Shown here in pieces: positions 1-8,723 of a stretch of 64,000 nucleotides of DNA. The stretch's first letter is position 1. Each line of letters begins with the position of its first letter. A model generated the notes under the pieces. That model worked only from the letters and a program-made list of their open reading frames with translations, was not told the DNA's origin and searched no databases. The position numbers and the translations under genes were made by a program. The stretch spans positions 8,809 to 72,808 of the forward strand of contig CACLTT010000003.1 of NCBI GenBank assembly GCA_902609885.1, read 5' to 3'. This DNA comes from an uncultured Candidatus Hydrogenedens sp. GTDB lineage: Bacteria > Desulfobacterota_D > UBA1144.

Positions 1-2
1 CA

Positions 3-788
3 GGTAAATTCGGAGAATATCAGCTTGAAAACCTTTTCAAATTCCACAATTTGCAAAAAGATATTGACTATATGACTCAAGTTTCAGTAAAGACGGATGA
101 TGGAGATTATAGATTAGACGCTGTGTTAGTTTCAGAAGAGAAGTGTCTAATCATTGATTCCAAAGCTACATCAAATATCGAAGTTATTAAAGAGCTAAAA
201 AATGATGAAACATCAAAGGAAAGAATTGATGAAATTAAGAAAGAAATAAAAGATAAGGTAACTAATGAAGCAAACAAGCTATCAAAAAAGGGTTATCACA
301 ATATTGTTGTAAAAGAAAAGTATCATACTCCTGAATTTATAATAATGTTTATCCCAAACGAAAATGTTTTCTTAATAGTTAAAGAGCTTTTAAATAAAGA
401 TACAAATATGATTGCTGAAGGTGTAATTTTGGCAGGTCCTGACAATCTAAATTTTATTATACTAATGTGGCATTACATAAACGGAATATTAAAAGTTCAA
501 GATCAAATCGAAGATATTAGAAATGCAGCAACACAGATTCATAATAGATTTGGTACAGCAGCCGAGCACTTTTCTAGTTTAAAAAATTCCCTAGAATCCA
601 GTGTGAATAACTGGAACAAATTGGTATCAAGTGTTGACTCAAGACTTATACCTTCTGTTAAAAGACTTGAAAAAATGGGAATAAAATCCTCTAAAGAATT
701 ACGTGAAGTTGGAACTATTAAAGAATCGCCAGAAAATTTTAAGAAACTACCTCAAATTAATCAAAAAGAAATTTTTGAGCAAGACTAA
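3..788 (+). CDS. rmuC: DNA recombination protein RmuC (5'-truncated by window edge)
   Basis: Frame is open from base 3 (GKFGEYQLE...). Contains the RmuC nuclease-like motifs D-x-IIDSK and FIIMFIPNE plus a C-terminal coiled coil. Confidence 0.8.
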   Translation, partial: GKFGEYQLENLFKFHNLQKDIDYMTQVSVKTDDGDYRLDAVLVSEEKCLIIDSKATSNIEVIKELKNDETSKERIDEIKKEIKDKVTNEANKLSKKGYHNIVVKEKYHTPEFIIMFIPNENVFLIVKELLNKDTNMIAEGVILAGPDNLNFIILMWHYINGILKVQDQIEDIRNAATQIHNRFGTAAEHFSSLKNSLESSVNNWNKLVSSVDSRLIPSVKRLEKMGIKSSKELREVGTIKESPENFKKLPQINQKEIFEQD

Positions 789-810
789 AAATTTTAAGTA
801 TATTACTCAG

Positions 811-1113
811 ATGAGGATAATCTTAGTTTTTTCATTACTAATTTTGAATTTATCAATTTTTCCTAATTTAACTATGAAAAATCATTTAGATCATAATGAA
901 GCCTCTCATTCTCATCATGGCCACTCAGAAGATATTCCATGCAATAATAATACTACTGAACCTTGCAACGAACATGAATGCTGTACCCTTTTTGTATTCA
1001 AATCATTAAATAATTTTAATTTTATAAACAATACTTCGTTAAAAACTTTTTTTAATAAATCAAAAATATTAAGTCTTAAGTTATCTGAAGTCTTTCGACC
1101 CCCAATTGTTTAA
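811..1113 (+). CDS. Small exported His/Cys-rich protein ending in RPP (DUF2946/CutF/CruR-like leader)
   Basis: Likely start ATG at 811 (MRIILVFSLLIL signal). His tract HNEASHSHHGHS, PCNEHECC, C-terminal FRPPIV. Confidence 0.55.
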   Translation: MRIILVFSLLILNLSIFPNLTMKNHLDHNEASHSHHGHSEDIPCNNNTTEPCNEHECCTLFVFKSLNNFNFINNTSLKTFFNKSKILSLKLSEVFRPPIV

Positions 1114-1148
1114 TTTTTTTAAATTTAAATAATTGGAGGTTAATAATT

Positions 1149-1781
1149 TTGCATAGATTGCTATTTCTTATAGTTTTCTTCATATCTATAAATGTCTTTT
1201 CTAGACCAGTTTCATACACTGGTGGAACAACTTTTATGGCAATGAATGATGGTGATAGAATATCATCACACACACATTATTCGCCTAAATATTTTTATTC
1301 TGTAGGATATAGATTTGAATATTGGAAAGATAAAGATTATGTAAATCATTTTTTGCAAGGTAATTATCTCGTTGAAAGATTTAATAATACAGACTCTCAA
1401 GCAAATATTTATTTAAAAACAGGAATTGGTACATCTACTTATCTCGAAGGTGATAAAGATTACAATAAATCATATTTTATTGCAGGGTCGGCTGATTGGG
1501 AAACGCAAAAACTATATTCGAATTATGAAGTTAGATATTCGGATATAGGGAATATTGAAGATTTTATTTTTCATTCTGGAGCATTTGGTTTTGCTCCGTA
1601 TGTAGGTAATTATGGGGACTTACACACTTGGGCTCTATACACTTTTCAATATAATGAGGATAGAAATAAAAATAAATTTACCCATGGGCCAAAACTTAGA
1701 TTTTTCAAAAATACAAATTTAATAGAGGTTGGTATCAATAATAAAAAAGATTTGATACTAAATTTAATAATTAGATATTAG
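1149..1781 (+). CDS. Exported, probable outer-membrane beta-barrel protein of a heavy-metal operon
   Basis: GGAGG RBS and TTG start, signal peptide, alternating aromatic strands, C-terminal Tyr; located between the metal leader and HMA gene. Confidence 0.5.
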   Translation: MHRLLFLIVFFISINVFSRPVSYTGGTTFMAMNDGDRISSHTHYSPKYFYSVGYRFEYWKDKDYVNHFLQGNYLVERFNNTDSQANIYLKTGIGTSTYLEGDKDYNKSYFIAGSADWETQKLYSNYEVRYSDIGNIEDFIFHSGAFGFAPYVGNYGDLHTWALYTFQYNEDRNKNKFTHGPKLRFFKNTNLIEVGINNKKDLILNLIIRY

Positions 1782-1792
1782 AGGTTTTAAAA

Positions 1793-2158
1793 ATGAAAAA
1801 GAATATAGTAATAATTCTAACAATTTTATCAGTACTAACATTCAATTCATTTTCACATGACGGTGAGAATCATTCATCAGAGCATAGGTTAAAATTAGAT
1901 TATAAAGCTTCTGTTGGAACAATCGATCCTAACGGAGAAATGATCAGGGTTAATGTTAAAGGGCTTGTTTGTGATTTTTGTGCTAGAGCAATTGAAAAGG
2001 TTTTTATGAAAGAGAAATCAGTTGCTGGTCTGACAGTAAATCTTGCAGAAAAAGAAATTAAAATTTTTACAAAAAAAGGTATGAATATTGATGATGATAT
2101 TATAAGAGAAAAGATTAAAGATTCTGGATATATTGTTTCATCAATAGAAAGAATTTGA
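1793..2158 (+). CDS. Periplasmic heavy-metal-associated (HMA, MerP/CopZ-like) protein
   Basis: Signal peptide, HDGENH, GLVCDFC metal-binding motif, C-terminal DSGY. Confidence 0.8.
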   Translation: MKKNIVIILTILSVLTFNSFSHDGENHSSEHRLKLDYKASVGTIDPNGEMIRVNVKGLVCDFCARAIEKVFMKEKSVAGLTVNLAEKEIKIFTKKGMNIDDDIIREKIKDSGYIVSSIERI

Positions 2159-2535
2159 TGGATAAAGAAAAGAAATCATTATTAACACAAATTCTTGTTC
2201 TTTTTGCCAGCAGCAGTACCTTAGTATGTTGTGCTATACCTGCACTTCTGGTGGCAATTGGCGCAACAGGTGCATTAATAAGTCTTTTTTCAAATATCCC
2301 TTTTCTAATAACTATTAGTGAGAATAAAGAAATGGTTTTTATCATATCAGGCTTATTAATAATTATTGCATTTTGGACTCAGAGAAAAGATGAAATAGAT
2401 TCTTGTGAGCTTGATGACACACTGATGATGTCATGTAATAATCTCAAAAAAATTAATAAAATAATACTCTATTCAAGTTTGTTTATATATTTAGTTGGAC
2501 TATTCTTTGCATTTTTTGCTAAATATTTAATCTAA
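2155..2535 (+). CDS. MerT-like heavy-metal membrane transporter
   Basis: TLVCCAIPALL Cys pair in TM1, three TM helices, second Cys pair in the loop. Confidence 0.65.
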   Translation: MMDKEKKSLLTQILVLFASSSTLVCCAIPALLVAIGATGALISLFSNIPFLITISENKEMVFIISGLLIIIAFWTQRKDEIDSCELDDTLMMSCNNLKKINKIILYSSLFIYLVGLFFAFFAKYLI

Positions 2536-2570
2536 AATGAGCTTTTAAATTTAAAGCTCATTTTAGATTA
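2528..2570. terminator. Bidirectional intrinsic terminator
   Basis: Perfect inverted repeat TAATCTAAAATGAGCTTT/AAAGCTCATTTTAGATTA between convergent genes. Confidence 0.75.
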
Positions 2571-2585
2571 TAAAGTTATTTTAAA

Positions 2586-2963
2586 TTATAAAGTAATTAC
2601 TTGATCGGGTGGGTTACCAGAAAGTGCTGTATATAGCTGCGGGAAACAACCAACGTGTACTCCATTTACAACATCTTTGGGTTTAACTTCGCCGGTTCCA
2701 CACTGACTGAATTCTCCTTCGGCAAGATTACGTCTTAAAGCACATTGGTCACATGCCATTAAAAGAATATTTTTTTCCTCTGCAATTTTAGCTAGACGCT
2801 CCCCTACTGGATCGCCCTTTCTTAAAGAAAAAACATTATCGTCAAAAAAGAACATTCCTACTACTTCAACAATATGACTATCAGCCTCAAGTTGTGGTAA
2901 TATCATTGACGATAATTTATAAGTTGCTGCCATATCGTTGGCAAAAACATAAGCTATTTTTAT
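2586..2963 (-). CDS. DsrE-family (SaoD-like) sulfur-relay protein
   Basis: MILPQLE...VVGMFFFDDN...LMACDQCA...VGCFP. Frame extends to ATA at 2963 (xKIAYVF), 9 nt after AGGAGG. Confidence 0.7.
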   Translation of the reverse strand: MKIAYVFANDMAATYKLSSMILPQLEADSHIVEVVGMFFFDDNVFSLRKGDPVGERLAKIAEEKNILLMACDQCALRRNLAEGEFSQCGTGEVKPKDVVNGVHVGCFPQLYTALSGNPPDQVITL

Positions 2964-2968
2964 GATGA

Positions 2969-3889
2969 TTAACCTCCTTTAGATAAACATTCACGCAAAT
3001 TTTTTGAAAGATTAGTGACTAATTCAAAATAAAGATTTTTTCCAGGTGTTAAATTAAAACCTAGCGGGTCGAGCTCACCCTCTTTAGCATTGGTTTCCTG
3101 TATTACGGTTTGAACAATTCTTGATGGAAATTGAGGCTCTCTAAACAAACATACTACATTATCTTTTTCTATTTTCGTTTTAATTTCTTGAATCCTTTTT
3201 GGAGTAGGAGAAATATCTGGGTTTAAAGATATCGAACCAACTGAATTTAGTGAGTAATCTGCTTCAAAATACTGATAAGCATCATGAAATACAATATATG
3301 GCTCATTATTAACACTAGCTAATTTAGCACTAAGATCTTTATTAGTTTTTGATACTTTTTTTATAAATTCTTTTGCATTTGCTTTATAAAAATTTTTTTT
3401 ATCGGGTGATATTTTTGATAGCTCTTTTACAAAAAACTTTGTTAGCTTTATTACATTCTTAGTGCCAAGCCAAATGTGTGCATCATAAGCTCCGTGATTA
3501 TGTTCATGATGATCACCGTGGTCTTCTTCTTCCCATACACCGCCCTCTCTTATTGGCAGTAATGATAAATCTGCATTACCTAAAATTTTTATTGTTTTTG
3601 TATCTTCACCTAGAGCATTTAGAGGTCTTTCAATAAAAGATTCAATTGATTCATCAATATATATAAGTACATCTGAATCTGTTATTTTTTTCATGTCTGA
3701 GGGCTTAAGTTTAAAATCATGTGGGGACGAATTATTATTTAATAATAATTCAACATCTGAATCTACTATATTTAATAAAATGGAATGAATAGGTTTAATT
3801 GTCGTTATTATTTTCTTTTCATTACTATTTGCGACGAGTGTAAAGTTTAATAATAATAAAGTTAATAAAAAAGTGTATAAAATTTTCAC
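2969..3889 (-). CDS. znuA: Zinc ABC transporter substrate-binding protein
   Basis: SPHDF, His-rich loop, DAHIWL, VFHDAYQYF motifs; probable GTG start at 3889 before the signal peptide. Confidence 0.9.
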   Translation of the reverse strand: MKILYTFLLTLLLLNFTLVANSNEKKIITTIKPIHSILLNIVDSDVELLLNNNSSPHDFKLKPSDMKKITDSDVLIYIDESIESFIERPLNALGEDTKTIKILGNADLSLLPIREGGVWEEEDHGDHHEHNHGAYDAHIWLGTKNVIKLTKFFVKELSKISPDKKNFYKANAKEFIKKVSKTNKDLSAKLASVNNEPYIVFHDAYQYFEADYSLNSVGSISLNPDISPTPKRIQEIKTKIEKDNVVCLFREPQFPSRIVQTVIQETNAKEGELDPLGFNLTPGKNLYFELVTNLSKNLRECLSKGG

Positions 3890-3910
3890 AGTGTTATAAT
3901 ATAACAATGG
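3888..3910. promoter_or_regulatory. Zur box overlapping divergent extended -10 promoters of znuA and zur
   Basis: Perfect palindrome TGTTATA-A-TATAACA (3892-3906) matching the proteobacterial Zur consensus. Confidence 0.85.
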
Positions 3911-4386
3911 GTTTTTTAATGTCAAATTGTTCAAATCATAATTTATGTATTGATTCTGCACTCGCAGAAGCAGAAAAAATATGTAATCAAAAAAATATAC
4001 GCTTTACAGATTTGAGGAGAACAGTTTTAAAAATAATATGGCAAAATCATAAAGCAATAAAAGCTTATGACATACTAGATCAGATATCTGGTATGAATTT
4101 TTCAGCCAAACCGCCTACTGTTTATAGAGCTCTAGATTTTTTACTAGAAAACGGATTCATTCATAAAATTAATAGTTTAAATTCATATATTGGATGCCCT
4201 CACCCCCTTCAAAATGAACAATGTTATTTTATTATCTGCTCTTCTTGTGATGAAATAGAAGAATGTAGTGACAAAAACATAACTAATGCCATTAAAACTG
4301 TAATGGAAAAAAATAAATTTACTCATAACAATATCGCGATTGAAATTGATGGTACTTGCAATAGTTGCCTAGAAAATAGAAAATAA
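3907..4386 (+). CDS. zur: Zinc uptake regulator (Fur family)
   Basis: KAYDILD, PPTVYRALDFL, CxxC motifs; adjacent to znuABC. Confidence 0.9.
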   Translation: MGFLMSNCSNHNLCIDSALAEAEKICNQKNIRFTDLRRTVLKIIWQNHKAIKAYDILDQISGMNFSAKPPTVYRALDFLLENGFIHKINSLNSYIGCPHPLQNEQCYFIICSSCDEIEECSDKNITNAIKTVMEKNKFTHNNIAIEIDGTCNSCLENRK

Positions 4387-4390
4387 CCTC

Positions 4391-5113
4391 ATGCTAATTC
4401 AAGCTGAAAATATATCAGTTATCCGAAATAAAAAAGAAATACTTAAAAATGTAAATATAAATATTCAAGAAAGAGACTTTGTAACTATTTTAGGACCAAA
4501 TGGTGGGGGAAAATCAATGCTCCTAAAGTGCTTATTAGGATTTTACAATCCAGATTTTGGATCAGTTACAAAATCATCTAAATTAAGAGTATCTTACACA
4601 CCTCAAGATTTCACAGTTGATAAATCTATACCAATCAGGGCTTTAGATTTTATAATGTTAAATAAAAGTAAAAAAAATAAAAAAATTAATGATATCTTCC
4701 AGGAACTTAATATTGAAAATATTCTAAATCAACAATTGTCGACTCTATCTGGCGGAGAGTTACAAAAAATATTAATTACTAGATCATTAATTGATAATCC
4801 TAATCTATTAATACTTGATGAGCCAACTCAGAACCTAGATGTTTCAGGACAACTAAATTTCTATAAGTTTTTGAACAGAATATATGAGAGTAGAAACATA
4901 AGTATTTTAATGGTCTCCCATGACTTACATATGGTTATGGCATCTACAAAAAAAGTTATTTGTTTATCTAACCATATATGTTGTTCCGGTGAGCCATCAA
5001 CCATTACCGATGATCCAGAATTTGCTAATTTGTTTGGTCATGATTTTGCAAACATGATGTCTCTATATAGACATGATATCAATCATAAACATAATGGGGA
5101 ATCAGATGATTGA
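4391..5113 (+). CDS. znuC: Zinc ABC transporter ATPase
   Basis: GPNGGGKS, LSGGE, DEP, HICCSG and His tail. Confidence 0.9.
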   Translation: MLIQAENISVIRNKKEILKNVNINIQERDFVTILGPNGGGKSMLLKCLLGFYNPDFGSVTKSSKLRVSYTPQDFTVDKSIPIRALDFIMLNKSKKNKKINDIFQELNIENILNQQLSTLSGGELQKILITRSLIDNPNLLILDEPTQNLDVSGQLNFYKFLNRIYESRNISILMVSHDLHMVMASTKKVICLSNHICCSGEPSTITDDPEFANLFGHDFANMMSLYRHDINHKHNGESDD

Positions 5114-5891
5114 TAATTTTATAATAAATGCCTTAATAGCAGGAATTTGTGTATCAATAATAGCTGGTGGACTTGGTTGCTTTATTGTATGGAAAAAAAT
5201 GGCTTACTTCGGTGACTCTTTATCTCATAGTAGTTTATTTGGAATAGCACTAGGAATTATACTGGGTTTTAATGCAACTATAGGAACTTTTATAACCTGT
5301 TTAATTTTTGCCGGATTTCTTAGTTATTTACAAAATAAAAAAATCTTTTCAAATGATACCCTCTTAGGAATTCTTGCTCATGCATCTTTATCTATTGGAA
5401 TAATAGCAATAAGCTTATCAGGTCAATATGTGAATTTAGATGCTTATTTATTTGGGGATATTTTGACTGTTACTAATCAAGAAATAAATTTTTTCATAAT
5501 CGCGGCGATAGCTGTAACCAGTAGTTTGTTTTTTATATGGGAAAAACTAGTTCTGATAACGATTAATGAAGATATAGCTAGGGCCGAAAATATTAATACA
5601 AAAATTATTCAATCTATTTTTTTGATTCTTTTAGTAGTATTTGTTGCTACATGTGTAAAAATCGTAGGAATTCTATTAATAACTTCAATGTTAATAATTC
5701 CTGCTGCAACATCTAGGCAAATTACTAACTCTCCTGGAAATATGGCAATTGTTTCTGGATTATTAGGGATAATATCTATCATCTGTGGAGTATATTTGTC
5801 TATAATAGCTGATATACCAACGGGTCCTTCGATAATATTTGTTCTAACTCTAATTTTTGTTTTGGTCCTATCAATCTATAGAAAAAATTAA
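5106..5891 (+). CDS. znuB: Zinc ABC transporter permease
   Basis: MAYFGDSLSH, YLFGDIL, IIPAA motifs; start probably 5106. Confidence 0.9.
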   Translation: MIDNFIINALIAGICVSIIAGGLGCFIVWKKMAYFGDSLSHSSLFGIALGIILGFNATIGTFITCLIFAGFLSYLQNKKIFSNDTLLGILAHASLSIGIIAISLSGQYVNLDAYLFGDILTVTNQEINFFIIAAIAVTSSLFFIWEKLVLITINEDIARAENINTKIIQSIFLILLVVFVATCVKIVGILLITSMLIIPAATSRQITNSPGNMAIVSGLLGIISIICGVYLSIIADIPTGPSIIFVLTLIFVLVLSIYRKN

Positions 5892-5902
5892 CTTGATGTT
5901 AA

Positions 5903-5925
5903 TAAATGTTATGTTATAACATAAT
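5903..5925 (+). promoter_or_regulatory. Zur box
   Basis: AAATGTTATG-T-TATAACAT upstream of the His-rich porin gene. Confidence 0.8.
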
Positions 5926-5950
5926 TACTATTTTTTAAGGCGGTGACTAA

Positions 5951-7138
5951 ATGAAGAATTTATTCTTATCATTTATAATTTTTTTATTAATTTTAGTGCC
6001 TTTTGAGTCCTTTTCTAAAGGTCACGAAAGTCATGATGATCACTCTGATCATGGAGGAGATACAGGTTTTTATATCCATTCTGGTATAAGAATACATCTC
6101 GACAAAACTCTTGATGCAGAAGAAGAAGGAGAGCAAGTTGATGAAGCCTCCACTCATTCACATTTTGAAATTGGTTACAACTTTAACGAAATGTTCTCTA
6201 TTATTTCAGATATTAAAATTGAGGGTGGTGATCATGGACACGCACACGGTGAAGAAGAATCTGAAACTCCAAAAGATAAGTTTTTTGAAGAACATAAAAC
6301 TATTGTAAACAAACTTTATATAAATATAAAAGCTGAGGATTTTGATTTTTATATTGGTAAATTCTCTCCTGTTGTAGGTATAGACTTTCATAAATTTCCT
6401 GGAGCTTATGGGTATCAAGAAGTTGAAGGTTATGCCCTACTTCAAAAGGTTGGATTGGGAGCTCAGTATACTGCTGATCTAGAGGATGCAGGTACTCACA
6501 AATTCAATTTATCAAGTTTTTATCAAGATACGTCATCATTAAGTCATTCTAGAATAAATAATGATGGTAAACTTCGTAAAGCAGACGGAGGTATCTCAAA
6601 TACAGAAGATCTATCCTCTTATGCAATTTCATTAAAAGGTAAAAACTTCTTTTCTCTTGATAATAATTTCTTAGATGGTTTCATGTACCAAATTGGGCAT
6701 GCAAAACAAGCAAAAGGTACAGGCGGAGAAGCTGATGAAAAAAGATACTCTGTTGGTTTTTCTCATAAATCATACTTGTCTGAAGATGTAACAATGATGT
6801 TAATTTTTGAATATATGGATATTGAAAAGCTGGGCGGTGAGAAGGGTCACGATAGAACCTATACTACCTATGGAGCAAATTTTGAATATGACAAATTCAC
6901 ACTTGGTGGAACAATAACTTTGAAAGATAATGACGCCGAAGAAGCTGATGAAAATGTAAATGACAGCGTTCGTCAGTTCTCTTTAGGATATTTTGTTACT
7001 GATCAGTTCAAAGTTGATATTGGCTATAAAAGAAAAAAGGCCTCTAATGAAGTTTCTAAAATAGCTGGAATAACTCTTAAATATGTTTTTGATTGGCCAA
7101 CAGGTGGACATGCAGGTCATGACCATCACGATCATTAA
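5951..7138 (+). CDS. His-rich outer-membrane porin-like protein, Zur-regulated
   Basis: Signal peptide, amphipathic beta-strands, His clusters at the N-terminus, a loop and the C-terminus; Zur box upstream. Confidence 0.6.
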   Translation: MKNLFLSFIIFLLILVPFESFSKGHESHDDHSDHGGDTGFYIHSGIRIHLDKTLDAEEEGEQVDEASTHSHFEIGYNFNEMFSIISDIKIEGGDHGHAHGEEESETPKDKFFEEHKTIVNKLYINIKAEDFDFYIGKFSPVVGIDFHKFPGAYGYQEVEGYALLQKVGLGAQYTADLEDAGTHKFNLSSFYQDTSSLSHSRINNDGKLRKADGGISNTEDLSSYAISLKGKNFFSLDNNFLDGFMYQIGHAKQAKGTGGEADEKRYSVGFSHKSYLSEDVTMMLIFEYMDIEKLGGEKGHDRTYTTYGANFEYDKFTLGGTITLKDNDAEEADENVNDSVRQFSLGYFVTDQFKVDIGYKRKKASNEVSKIAGITLKYVFDWPTGGHAGHDHHDH

Positions 7139-7157
7139 TAAATCTTAAAAACTCTAT

Positions 7158-7203
7158 AAACCCTGAATATTTCAAAACTTAAATTAAATATTCAGGGTTT
7201 TTT
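7158..7203 (+). terminator. Intrinsic terminator
   Basis: AAACCCTGAATATTT/AAATATTCAGGGTTT followed by T-run. Confidence 0.8.
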
Positions 7204-7248
7204 CATTAATTTTATAAAATGGTTCAAATATTGCCATGAATATTAATA

Positions 7249-8247
7249 TTGCAAAAAATAACTTTAATACCTGGTGATGGCATAGGCCAAGAAGTAGTTC
7301 TTGGGACTAAACAGATAATAGATAGTCTTGGTTTAGATATCCAATGGGATATAGTAACAACCCCCATGGATGATAAAACTAAGAAAATATCTGAGGAACT
7401 TGAAAAATCATTATCAATTACAAAAGTAGGATTGAAAGGACCTCTGACAACACCCGTTGGTGAAGGATTTAGAAGTATCAATGTTGAAATAAGAAAAAGA
7501 TTTGAATTATTTGCGAATCTGAGACCTATTAAAACTCTCCAAGGTTTTAAAACTAATTATAAAGATCTTGATATGATAATTATTAGAGAAAATACAGAAG
7601 ATCTATATGCTGGTAAAGAACTTGAAATAGCCAAAGGCGTAACTCAATCAATGAAAATAGTAACAACTGCTGCATCTGATAGAGTAGCTAAGTTTGCTTT
7701 TCAATATGCTTTAGAAAATAAAAGAAAAAAAGTTACAGTTCTTCACAAAGCAAACATTATGAAATTAACTGATGGTTTATTTTTAGATAGAGTGAGAAGA
7801 ATATCACGCAGAAAAATATATAAAGATATAGAATATGAAGAATTGATAATTGATAATGCTTGTATGCAACTAGTAATGAATCCAAATAGGTTTGATATAA
7901 TTTTGACAGGAAATCTATTTGGCGATATTGTTTCAGATCTTTGCGCAGGACTTGTTGGGGGATTAGGTGCTGCATCAGGGGCAAATCTTGGTTCGAACTT
8001 TGCTGTTTTTGAACCTGTTCATGGCACTGCACCAGATATTGCAGGAAAAGGTATAGCGAATCCTTTGGCTACGATATTATCTTCAATAATGATGTTAAAC
8101 CATATTGGCATGAAAGAGGGAGCAGTAAAACTAAATAAGGCAGTTCTTTATACTCTATCTTTTCCAGAGAATAGAATGAGAGATATGGGTGGAAAATTAA
8201 AAACCAAAGACTTTATTAATAAAATAATTTCAAATATTAAAAATTAA
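7249..8247 (+). CDS. Isocitrate/isopropylmalate dehydrogenase family enzyme (NAD-IDH-like)
   Basis: IPGDGIG, KGPLTTP, RENTED, HKANIMK, NLFGDIVSDL, EPVHGTAPDIAG. Confidence 0.85.
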   Translation: MQKITLIPGDGIGQEVVLGTKQIIDSLGLDIQWDIVTTPMDDKTKKISEELEKSLSITKVGLKGPLTTPVGEGFRSINVEIRKRFELFANLRPIKTLQGFKTNYKDLDMIIIRENTEDLYAGKELEIAKGVTQSMKIVTTAASDRVAKFAFQYALENKRKKVTVLHKANIMKLTDGLFLDRVRRISRRKIYKDIEYEELIIDNACMQLVMNPNRFDIILTGNLFGDIVSDLCAGLVGGLGAASGANLGSNFAVFEPVHGTAPDIAGKGIANPLATILSSIMMLNHIGMKEGAVKLNKAVLYTLSFPENRMRDMGGKLKTKDFINKIISNIKN

Positions 8248-8293
8248 TTTTTTTGATTTTTTAAATAAGAACTTTTCAGGGTAAAATTAATAT

Positions 8294-8713
8294 ATGAAAT
8301 ATTTAATTTATTTATTCTTACTTGTATTTTCATTTAACATAATTGGGATAACCAACTCTATTGCATCCACTACTCATGAGCAAACATGTAGAGATTTTAT
8401 AGAATTATTAAATGATACTACTGCAAGAATATCAGATTTAAACTTTAGTATGGAAGAAGAAGCTGTTCAGATGAAAAATGAAGTAGTAGAAGAACAATTA
8501 TCTATACTTAAAAAATATTATGGAGAATTAGGAGTTGGTGAGCTTGAGGTTGCTTGGCAAGAGGTGTGGGGAACAAAATTTTTTGAAGCGTCTTCAGCTA
8601 CAGCAAATACTCAAAGAGAAAAAGTTATCGAGATTTGTGGTGGCTATTATAATGAAACTGAATTAAACCAAATGGATTTCGTTTTACCAAGCTATTACGA
8701 GCTTAATGAATAA
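8294..8713 (+). CDS. Hypothetical exported protein
   Basis: Signal peptide, two Cys, helical; no family recognised. Confidence 0.6.
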   Translation: MKYLIYLFLLVFSFNIIGITNSIASTTHEQTCRDFIELLNDTTARISDLNFSMEEEAVQMKNEVVEEQLSILKKYYGELGVGELEVAWQEVWGTKFFEASSATANTQREKVIEICGGYYNETELNQMDFVLPSYYELNE

Positions 8714-8723
8714 TAAAATTTTT

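Noticed and set aside
703-810. Longer N-terminus of the ORF 703..1113
   Set aside because: Overlaps rmuC; the signal peptide and -10 element point to ATG 811.
3890-3961. ORF-track N-terminal extension of ZnuA
   Set aside because: Overlaps the Zur box and zur gene; the signal peptide begins at GTG 3889.
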